Of a stretch of 64,000 bases of DNA, positions 57,201 to 64,000 are shown piece by piece. The stretch covers positions 4,219 to 68,218 of the forward strand of contig MEOL01000044.1 of NCBI GenBank assembly GCA_001769215.1, read 5' to 3'. The stretch is from Bacteroidetes bacterium GWF2_41_31. GTDB taxonomy: Bacteria; Bacteroidota; Bacteroidia; Bacteroidales; F082. Below the pieces are notes generated by a model. It saw only the letters and a list, made by a program, of their open reading frames with translations. It was not told where the DNA came from and did not search any database. Positions within the stretch are counted from its first letter, which is position 1, and each line of letters begins with the position of its first letter. Both the position numbers and the translations under genes were made by a program.

Positions 57201-57560
57201 ACCAATCTCACGTTGCTGGCGTTTTACGCCCAAAGCTGTAACCACTACCTCACCTAATTCATTGACAGAAACCTGCATAACAATGTTGATCACTTTATGT
57301 GTTCCAACCAGAATTTCCTGAGGAGCATACCCCAGATAAGTAACCGCCAGCGTATCAGTATCCTCAACACCGGATAGTGAAAAATCACCCTCTATATTGG
57401 TAACGATTCCGGTCAGGGTGCCTTTAATCATGATGGATACTCCGGGCAAACCCAGGTCATCTTCTGCAGAGGTTATCTTACCGGTAACTGTGTGTTCCTG
57501 AGCCTTAACACTCAAAACAACAACGAGTAAAAAAGTTAGAGTAAGTAGAATTTTTTTCAT
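54240..57560 (-). CDS. SusC/RagA-family TonB-dependent outer membrane transporter
   Basis: N-terminal carboxypeptidase-regulatory-like domain (VTGKITSAEDDLGLPGVSIMIKGT), a plug domain, a ~1100-aa barrel and a terminal F. Confidence 0.92.
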   Translation of the reverse strand: MKKILLTLTFLLVVVLSVKAQEHTVTGKITSAEDDLGLPGVSIMIKGTLTGIVTNIEGDFSLSGVEDTDTLAVTYLGYAPQEILVGTHKVINIVMQVSVNELGEVVVTALGVKRQQREIGYSTQKMDIDLIVQSNTPNVIDAIVGRSAGVQVSQGDGVDGGSTRITIRGNNNLSGNNQPLIVVDNVPMENTSGLENIGRGTDWGNPIGDINPLDIEDYTVLKGGAASALYGSRGANGVILITTKRGKKGKGIGLTYNFSQKMIQPYRFREVQNTYGFGGPVSFTPPTFPMNGDTALLPNYGNSNLIINQQGGTSSTTAEFGYYGSAVSWGPKMEGQMVKWWDGEMRPYSPQPDNYKSNFHTGTTKTHNIAASGGGDVGTMRVSITRQDHKAIIDNSDYDRTTINLGTNLKISDKVRADLSLTYTNYNRLNSPLLGEDANSFSKGYLYSWPRSYKGLEKEHYAYADGSRNPQEGYPYNDINPNLWWNYYNNNTTLKRDNYLGGLTLTYDITSWLNLSGRVGRDFTLEQSETRDKPIDVIGLKEGYYGKSLSRTYSDIFEAFLTGEQSNIFNSKISTKVMVGASRWDYDFYTMSGHSGTWYYPNMYMFGNFTETTYTTDEYGNTIVDRPGNTASEMVAGEGINRQRTNSVFSFVNLSYDNYLFVEFTGRNDWSSTLPAYSNSFFYPSVSVSFIASEAFHIQDKASWLNFVKLRGGVAQTASGTDTPYMTDFYYSTGNFGGEQTTYFPRSIPPFNLTPKWVDAYEGGLNLGFFENRIDFDFTYYYSYSYSQILPGLPIPSSSGSSYITINEGTLSNKGFEIVLNAVPIQTPTILFKTGINLSRNRNHIISLGENAEVFPLADIWGLNGPAMALREGDEYGTIYGYDYIYNENGQRVVNDEGTKYLTTDTRVAIGNASPDFIGGWYTELYYKGFRLGTLIDTKWGGDIYSGSYVIGLQSGQSPETLIEREGGGLPYTDPAGNMSNIGIILDGVHEDGTPNDKVVHYYYKYLPNAGGWGKFLSTPGIVENTWVKMREISLSYSFPQKFINKTKVFQNLKLSIVGRDLFYIYTTLPDKINPEGIMGSGNAQGFEWASMPSSRSFTFAINASF

Positions 57561-57601
57561 ATTGTAGATTTATATTGCTTTTTCCACTCAATTATTTCAT
57601 T

Positions 57602-58627
57602 TTATACATCTCTCCCACACGACCGTCGCTTTATTAGTTTCACGGGTAATAGTACCTGTTTTTTATCTTTTGTTAAGCCATTGATTTCATCCAGCAGAAT
57701 ATTAACCGCGAATTCACCTATTTCCTCAATAGGCTGGGCAACAGCAGTTATGGTAGGACAGCTCAATCGAAATAAATCAATATCATCAAAACTCACTATG
57801 GCAACATCCAGGGGTATACTGATATTCATTTCATTCAGATATTCCATACAGGCCACCGTTATGTTATTATTAACCGAGAACAGGGCGTCGATTTTATACG
57901 GAGGTTCCAGTAACTCACTTAATACAGCCCTTACTTGTTGCCGTATGTCAGAACAGTTAATGGTTCGGATTAATTTATTGTTGCATCTCATCCCATTATC
58001 TTTAAGCGCGCTCCGGTATCCGCGTTCCCTGTCTGCAATTGTACTTAAGTATGAAGGTGAAATTTTCAGCAAACCGATTTTCTGGTGTCCGTTTTTTATA
58101 AGTTGTTCCGTGGCTTCATAAGCCCCGGTAAAATTGTCGACACCAGCAAAATTTGTTGATAATTTGGGTAATTTCCGGTCGATTAAAACAAATGGATAGT
58201 TTTCCTTCTTTAGCCACGAAAAAACAGCACCATTTTTCTGAGTGGTAGAAACGATAATCCCGTCAACCTGCCGTTCTTTTAACATGTTGATCAATTCAAT
58301 TTCTTTTTCAGGATTTTCGTCAGAGCTGCAAAAAATCAAATTGTAGTGATGTTGGTTTGCCACCTCTTCGATTTTTTTGGCCATTTTAGCATAAAATGTA
58401 TTTGAGATATCGGCTACAATAAGTCCAAGGGTTTGCGTTTTTCCAAGTCGTAGACCTCTTGCCATGTGATTTGGCTTGTAGTTCATTTCTTTGGCTCTCT
58501 CCAACACGATTTTCTGTGTTTTGGAACTGATGCCATTTTTATCTCCCTGATCATTTAAAACGAAAGAGACCAGCGTTTTAGATACGTTTAGGCTTTTGGC
58601 GATATCGCTGAGAGATTTTTTTTTCAA
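57602..58627 (-). CDS. LacI-family transcriptional regulator
   Basis: N-terminal HTH LSDIAKSLNVSKTLVSFVLN plus a periplasmic-binding-protein-like sugar-binding core. Confidence 0.9.
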   Translation of the reverse strand: MKKKSLSDIAKSLNVSKTLVSFVLNDQGDKNGISSKTQKIVLERAKEMNYKPNHMARGLRLGKTQTLGLIVADISNTFYAKMAKKIEEVANQHHYNLIFCSSDENPEKEIELINMLKERQVDGIIVSTTQKNGAVFSWLKKENYPFVLIDRKLPKLSTNFAGVDNFTGAYEATEQLIKNGHQKIGLLKISPSYLSTIADRERGYRSALKDNGMRCNNKLIRTINCSDIRQQVRAVLSELLEPPYKIDALFSVNNNITVACMEYLNEMNISIPLDVAIVSFDDIDLFRLSCPTITAVAQPIEEIGEFAVNILLDEINGLTKDKKQVLLPVKLIKRRSCGRDV

Positions 58628-58920
58628 AGCATGAAATTTTACTAAATCAATTTAGATTTAACTTTCTTATGCATATTAGCTGATATACAACATCTTAAAA
58701 AAAATAAATGTAACAGTGTGTAAAAATAAAATATTAAATAATACAATCCGTTTTTCTTCCAGTATTTTTTTTCAGGTTCCACAAAATATTTGATTCAGTC
58801 TTGCTAAAAAGATGCAGATTTCTCTCGTAAAAAAAATAAAAAAGAACCGCCGAATTTATCCCTGACATGCATGTCAGCAACTGCCAGACTCAGTAGTGGG
58901 AGGATGATTCTCCTGGCGGA

Positions 58921-59162
58921 CAGGTTTTAAAAGTGAAATCAACCTCCATAACCTCCCATTGCCCCAAAAATAAATCACCAGAATAATGACTCTAAAATTT
59001 AAACCAATAAAATTAATTTCTAGATTTACACCCTCCAAACACCCGGTGATCCATTGCAATGAAGAAGAAAGAAACCGATTTGACTAATTTTAAAAGAAAA
59101 TAATTGATGCATATAGTGATAATGAAATTTTAGCGATCACCTTAATGCTCCCATGCAGACTT
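58921..59162 (+). repeat. conserved non-coding element, copy 5 (5' variant I, internal deletion of about 55 nt)
   Basis: It aligns with copies 1 and 4 to AATGAAATT, then resumes at TAGCGATCACC..ATGCAGAC. It ends 41 nt before ATG 59204. Confidence 0.8.
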
Positions 59163-59203
59163 GAACTGACTATACTAAACTAACAGTAACTAAAAAGCTA
59201 AAA

Positions 59204-59770
59204 ATGAAACGGGGAACATTTATTTTATCGGCACTTGCACTCATTCCATTGGGTATTTTTGCTAAAATCAGAACCAGCATTTTTATGAGAACAGAAAAAG
59301 GGTTCAAAGTAAAAGCTGGCGAAGCCCGATTTGGGGAACACTATAAAATGAAAGGCGTCACACTAAATAACTTAGACATAAAAATCTCCGGGGCTGACAC
59401 CGATCATGATTTAGCTGTGTTTGAGCAAACCGGATTTACACCAAATGGCGGGCCTCCATTGCATATTCATCCATTTCAGGACGAATGGTTTTATGTAATT
59501 GAAGGAGAATATTTATTTCAGGTTGGTGATGACAAATATCAAATGAAATCAGGAGACACCATTTTTCTTCCACGAAATGCGCAACACGCCTTCATGCAGT
59601 TATCGGAAAAAGGAAAAATGATCGTATCTTATTTGCCGGCAGGAAAGATGGAAGCCTTTTTTAAGGTTACGGACAAATGGACCTCTCCACCGACAAAAGA
59701 AGAAATCGTACAAGTTTTTGCTGACCACGACATGGAAGTTGTGGGCGAACCACTTAAAGCTGACAATTAG
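59204..59770 (+). CDS. cupin-domain protein with signal peptide
   Basis: HIHPFQDEWFYVIEGE ... GDTIFLPRNAQHAF form the two cupin motifs. Confidence 0.75.
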   Translation: MKRGTFILSALALIPLGIFAKIRTSIFMRTEKGFKVKAGEARFGEHYKMKGVTLNNLDIKISGADTDHDLAVFEQTGFTPNGGPPLHIHPFQDEWFYVIEGEYLFQVGDDKYQMKSGDTIFLPRNAQHAFMQLSEKGKMIVSYLPAGKMEAFFKVTDKWTSPPTKEEIVQVFADHDMEVVGEPLKADN

Positions 59771-59843
59771 TATAAACCACGAACCGCTAACAACATGTAT
59801 TTGGAACTGAAAGAATTCGGGATGGGTAAATTGGTAAACCTTT

Positions 59844-59912
59844 CTGCCGGCCAGGCAGGTATAAGTCCAATGCATCCCTGTCTCTGCCTTCGGCAGGAAA
59901 TCCGGCAGGCAG
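59844..59912. repeat. REP-like hairpin cluster
   Basis: CTGCC-GGCCA-GGCAG, CTGCCTTCGGCAG and CCGGCAGGCAGG, the same family as 8821 and 10814. Confidence 0.7.
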
Positions 59913-60007
59913 GAAATAAACATTGTGCTAATCAGTAAGGAAGATGAATTTAATCAGCTAATGCACATAGCGATGAAAGTTACTCAACAGTTAAAAACAA
60001 CTTTAAA

Positions 60008-60889
60008 ATGAAATATCTGATTTTTCTACTATTTTTTTACTTTTCCTTGATTTCGAAAGGACAAGAAAGTTTGGGCTTTCGCCAGAAATTGGCGTACGAT
60101 TTCTACAACAATGGTGTCCAGGCATTTAGATTGAACAAATATATCATGGCGGACTCCTTATTTTCCCAATCTCTTAATTATGAAATCAACGGAGATGCCT
60201 TATTCAATCGTGGAATATTAAGGTTCATTTTAAATGATACCTGTTCGGGATGTTCCGATTTATTTTTTGCAGCTAGTGGATTTTCGGATAAAGAAGCATT
60301 AGGTATTTTTTATAAAACTTGCGTTAAATCAGTCGACACGACTTATTATGATAAAAAATTTCAAATTTTAAATAGTAAAACTGATTACAAGTATTACGAT
60401 GAGTTATTAATTCTTAAATGTGATAGCTCTGTACAAGGGTATGTCCATAAAAAGAATCATAATAAAACGCATCAATCGCCAGTCGATTATAGAATCGATA
60501 CTAAAAATGTGGATATCATTGCATCCTATTCTTCACATAATTCGCTTAAATATTATGATTTTATTTATTTTTCAACATTTGAGGAAGACAATAAAAAAGT
60601 AATCGAAAAATTTAAAAGTGAACTTGAAAAATTTTTAAATTCAAAGTATAATTTTGAAGATATCCCATATAAGGATCGATATTGTACAGTTACAATTTAT
60701 ATAAATCCAATAGGTGAGACTATTGATTATGAGTTAAATGAAAATCCATTTGATTTTTTTGACGAATCACTTAAAGAAAATATTAAAAAAGATATTGTCA
60801 TTTACTTCAAAAAAATACCACAGTTGAAACCAGCTTTACATTTCGAAAAACCTGTAAACTTTGAATATACATTTTACTTTGGAATATAA
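60008..60889 (+). CDS. hypothetical secreted protein
   Basis: Signal peptide, very AT-rich, no family recognised. It is followed by ACCTAAC and a 9-bp inverted repeat, CATTTAGAT/ATCTAAATG. Confidence 0.55.
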   Translation: MKYLIFLLFFYFSLISKGQESLGFRQKLAYDFYNNGVQAFRLNKYIMADSLFSQSLNYEINGDALFNRGILRFILNDTCSGCSDLFFAASGFSDKEALGIFYKTCVKSVDTTYYDKKFQILNSKTDYKYYDELLILKCDSSVQGYVHKKNHNKTHQSPVDYRIDTKNVDIIASYSSHNSLKYYDFIYFSTFEEDNKKVIEKFKSELEKFLNSKYNFEDIPYKDRYCTVTIYINPIGETIDYELNENPFDFFDESLKENIKKDIVIYFKKIPQLKPALHFEKPVNFEYTFYFGI

Positions 60890-61113
60890 CATTAACCTAA
60901 CAAATCATTTAGATTATTAAAATGCTCAGTTTCTACTGTTCATCTAAATGTCAATTCCGGGTTTTTTTATCGAACTTATTCAATCGGTATTTAATGGTTA
61001 TCATGGCATATTTGTAGTTATCCCCCCAAGTGAACTCCCCTTTCTATCCCCTGTTTGTTAATGCATAACAGAATTACCTACCTTTATGCGATTAATATCA
61101 AACTAAATGATAA

Positions 61114-61477
61114 CCCCCCGCTGGCGCAAGTTTGCAACTTGTGCCTTTCCTTCACCCAAGCCCTGTTAACCCAACTTGTGCGCATTTCGCCAGGCATAGC
61201 ATGTAACTTAGAGAATCTCAACTACCTTATTACCAAAACCTGACAAACAACTCCATAAATTCTTAGCCCCCAATGTAAAACCAATAACATTAATTCCTAG
61301 ATTTACCATTCCAACTCCCGATGATTGGTTACAATGAAGAAGAAAGAAACCAATTTGACTAATTATAAACGGTAATAATTGGAGCATAAAAGATAATGAG
61401 GTTAAATGAAAACCAAAGGACGTTATAACAATAAAGTCTATAACAGTCATAGCGACAAGTGACGGCATGTGGATGTT
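61114..61477 (+). repeat. conserved non-coding element, copy 6 (5' variant II with P module)
   Basis: The P module (GGCGCAAGTTTGCAACTTGTGCC...AACTTGTGCGC) is followed by CTTATTACCAAAACCTGACAAAC and the common core. It ends at GATGTT, 12 nt before ATG 61490. Confidence 0.85.
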
Positions 61478-61489
61478 ACCAGAAAATTT

Positions 61490-62077
61490 ATGAACGAACA
61501 TAATAATTATCTTGCTGACATTTTTGGAATCAACAAAAATTATTTCGTTGACTTTTTTTCTTTACTGTCAGTTAAAAATGTTAATAAATCAGAATTTATC
61601 TTGCAAGCAGGTGATGTTTGTAACTATATCGGAATTGTAATTGAGGGTTCGTTAAGAACTTATTACATTAACGAAAATGGAGAAGATGTTAGTTTCTTAT
61701 TCCATTTTAATCATAAGTTAGAAAATTTGGTTTTCACAGACTATGAAAGTGTACTACTTGGAAATAAATCAAAATTGAATATCCAGGCTTTGGAAAATTC
61801 TACTGTGTTTTTGCTTTCAAAAAATGATTTAGAGAGTCTTTATCTGAAAGATATATATTGGCAAAATTTTGGCAAAAGAATGACTGAAAGAATTTATTTA
61901 TCTGCTAAAAAGAGGGTTGAAGATTTACTCTACTATTCACCAGAAAAACGCTATCTCAACTTACTTACAGATAATCCATTGATATTTCAAAAAATCCCTC
62001 AAAAGTTTATTGCCAGTTATTTGGGCATTACACCACAATCATTAAGTAGAATCCGAAAGCGCATTACTATTTATTAA
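61490..62077 (+). CDS. Crp/Fnr-family transcriptional regulator
   Basis: cNMP-binding-like N-terminal domain and a C-terminal HTH, IASYLGITPQSLSRIRKR. The GTG at 61469 lies inside the repeat, so the ATG at 61490 is preferred. Confidence 0.85.
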   Translation: MNEHNNYLADIFGINKNYFVDFFSLLSVKNVNKSEFILQAGDVCNYIGIVIEGSLRTYYINENGEDVSFLFHFNHKLENLVFTDYESVLLGNKSKLNIQALENSTVFLLSKNDLESLYLKDIYWQNFGKRMTERIYLSAKKRVEDLLYYSPEKRYLNLLTDNPLIFQKIPQKFIASYLGITPQSLSRIRKRITIY

Positions 62078-62124
62078 CTTAAGTGAACGTTTCTTTCTTG
62101 TCTCTATAATATCTTTGCCTCAAA

Positions 62125-63282
62125 ATGATTAAAATAGATAGCACAATGACAGAAACTGTAACCATAATCGGAGGAGGAATTGGAGGCCTCACTACCGCTT
62201 TAACTCTAAAGCAAAAAGGATTGTTCATAAATATTTTTGAAGCTTCTGCCGAAATTAAAGCTGTTGGTGCCGGAATTATTATTGCAAACAACGCAATGCA
62301 GGTTTTTAAAGAATTAGGAATTCAAGACAAAATTGAAAAGGCCGGAAACAAAATTTCCTATATGAACATTACGGATCCTCAACTCAAGAATATTTTCGCA
62401 GTCGATTTAACTGAATATGAAAAAAAATATAGCGCTCATAATATTGCAATTCACAGGGGCGATTTGCAAAAAATACTTGCCAAAGAAATTGGCTACGACC
62501 ACATAAACCTATCAAAGCGACTTTCTAAAATTGAAAAAGGCAAATTATTTAAACTCACCTTTGAAGACAATTCAACCATAGAAAGTAATCTTGTGATTGG
62601 TGCGGACGGAATAAAATCAGTAGTTAGGAATCAACTTTTTGAAAAAAGTACTTTGAGAAATGCCAAACAAAAATGTTGGAGAGGAATTTGTGAAATTGAT
62701 TTACCAGAAAAATATCACAACGAACTTAACGAAGCATGGGGAAAAGGAAAGAGATTTGGTTTTGTTAAAATTAGCAATAAAAAAGTTTATTGGTATGCTT
62801 TGATAAACTCAAAAAACGCAGTATCTGATGATGTAAATCTACACGAATTGTTTGGCGCGTTTCACAGTGATATCTTAAATATGATTTCTGTGACAAACAA
62901 AGAACAAATAATTGTAAGCAATATTATTGACCTAAAACCAATTGACAAATGGCAAAGCGGAAATGTCTGTTTATTGGGAGATGCGGCTCACGCTACAACG
63001 CCAAATTTGGGTCAAGGTGCTTGCCAGGCTATTGAAGACGCTTATGTTTTAGGTAAACTTCTCGACAATGGAACTGCACTTGAAAATACTTTTAAAGAGT
63101 ATGAAAAATTAAGGCTAAAAAAAGCCCATACAATTGTAAACACAAGTTGGACAGTTGGGAAAATAGCACACATAGAAAACAGTCTTGGGATTTGGGCGAG
63201 GAATACCATTATGCAAAACCTGCTAAAATCAAGCAACAAAAAGCAAATGAATATGATTTTTAACTTAACAAAAATAATATGA
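62125..63282 (+). CDS. FAD-dependent aromatic-ring monooxygenase (UbiH/salicylate hydroxylase-like)
   Basis: IIGGGIGGLTTAL dinucleotide fold and GDAAHATTPNLGQGACQAIEDA. Confidence 0.88.
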   Translation: MIKIDSTMTETVTIIGGGIGGLTTALTLKQKGLFINIFEASAEIKAVGAGIIIANNAMQVFKELGIQDKIEKAGNKISYMNITDPQLKNIFAVDLTEYEKKYSAHNIAIHRGDLQKILAKEIGYDHINLSKRLSKIEKGKLFKLTFEDNSTIESNLVIGADGIKSVVRNQLFEKSTLRNAKQKCWRGICEIDLPEKYHNELNEAWGKGKRFGFVKISNKKVYWYALINSKNAVSDDVNLHELFGAFHSDILNMISVTNKEQIIVSNIIDLKPIDKWQSGNVCLLGDAAHATTPNLGQGACQAIEDAYVLGKLLDNGTALENTFKEYEKLRLKKAHTIVNTSWTVGKIAHIENSLGIWARNTIMQNLLKSSNKKQMNMIFNLTKII

Positions 63283-63677
63283 AAATGTACAAAATAGGAT
63301 CTATCGCATTTATCGCACTTGGCTTACTGCACATTATAGCTCACTTTTTGGGTACTTTAAATCCTGACAAAGCGACTTTTGATCTTCTAAATCAGATGGC
63401 TAATCATAAGATTCAACTGTTAGGAGAGCATAGTCTATTGAAATTTCATACAGGTTTTAGTCTTACGATGGGCTTTTTACTTTCAGTTTTTGGTGTTCAA
63501 AATTTATTGGTTGCTAAAACGGTCAACAAGAAGTATTTAATTTCAACAATAATCATTACAGCAATAACCTTCATATTATCAATAGCTTATTTCCATTTAT
63601 TAGCCACAACATTTATTTTTGTGTCTTTAATCTGTTATATTTTATCTTATTATAAATTATCGCTATCATCCGACTAA
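63279..63677 (+). CDS. small integral membrane protein, function unknown
   Basis: Four hydrophobic helices. An ATGA overlap with the monooxygenase stop suggests co-translation. Confidence 0.55.
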   Translation: MKMYKIGSIAFIALGLLHIIAHFLGTLNPDKATFDLLNQMANHKIQLLGEHSLLKFHTGFSLTMGFLLSVFGVQNLLVAKTVNKKYLISTIIITAITFILSIAYFHLLATTFIFVSLICYILSYYKLSLSSD

Positions 63678-63815
63678 ATTACAAACACAATCAAATACTA
63701 TCGTAACATATTGTTTATTAACGTCCATATTTCTGTTTTCGAAAAGCCCCCCTCTCTCGTCCTCGTTTGAGCGCAGTGGTAACGAGCTTGCAATTTTGCC
63801 AATCATTTTGGAAAG

Positions 63816-63931
63816 CCCCACCTGGCGCAAGTTTGCAACTTGTGCCTTTCTCTTCAGCCAAGCCCTGTTAACCCAACTTGTGCGCATTTAGCCAGGAATA
63901 GAATGTAACATAGAGAATCTCAACATACTTA
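63816..63931 (+). repeat. conserved non-coding element, copy 7 (P module only; diverges before the window end)
   Basis: CCTGGCGCAAGTTTGCAACTTGTGCCTTTC..CAGCCAAGCCCTGTTAACCCAACTTGTGCGCATTTAGCCAGG..GAGAATCTCAAC matches 61120-61230. Confidence 0.8.
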
Positions 63932-64000
63932 GGGTCTGCTGATTTTTCAAAAAATCAATCATTATCAACTGATATTCACATCATTATGTTGATAAGTTCA

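Noticed and set aside
61123-61150. The P-module hairpin as a Rho-independent terminator of the upstream gene.
   Set aside because: The stem is followed by CTTTCC rather than a U-tract, and it is part of the repeated element rather than a specific gene's 3' end.

Overview
The window looks like a Bacteroidota chromosome, judged from a SusC/SusD pair, a T9SS C-terminal sorting domain and a LacI-linked PUL. I recognised no rRNA, tRNA, CRISPR array, transposase or integrase. It has three themes. (1) A minus-strand cluster of about 23 kb (15.6-38.9 kb) encodes anaerobic aromatic degradation through benzoyl-CoA. It contains a Thauera-type ATP-dependent class I benzoyl-CoA reductase (bcrCBAD order and sizes), dch/had/oah(bamA), beta-oxidation enzymes, glutaryl-CoA dehydrogenase and a 4-hydroxybenzoyl-CoA-reductase-like molybdoenzyme. 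It also holds an embedded orphan single-subunit BCR/2-hydroxyacyl-CoA-dehydratase-family protein with its own activase and a ketopantoate-reductase-like dehydrogenase. (2) Housekeeping genes include a gnd-zwf-pgl-pgi operon, peptidases, transporters and ogt. (3) The most unusual part is a set of visibly AT-rich plus-strand accessory genes: a metallophosphoesterase, gene fragments, a secreted protein, a TIR/NDT-like protein, a type II R-M pair, a phosphotransferase, a cupin, and a Crp/monooxygenase/membrane trio. Six of these units are each preceded by a co-oriented copy of a conserved 0.24-0.37 kb non-coding element, and a seventh partial copy lies at the window end. Each unit is followed by a TAAC-containing motif. 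Conservation breaks at GAT|GTT, and in several units the bases after GTT are the reverse complement of the bases at that unit's stop codon. This is the core/inverse-core logic of integron cassettes, but the inter-cassette sites are far longer than classical attC, the copies lie at three separate loci, and no integrase is present in the window. A second repeat (about 125 bp) directly flanks the R-M unit, and a family of REP-like nested hairpins is scattered through these regions. All functional calls come from reading motifs by eye; no searches were run.
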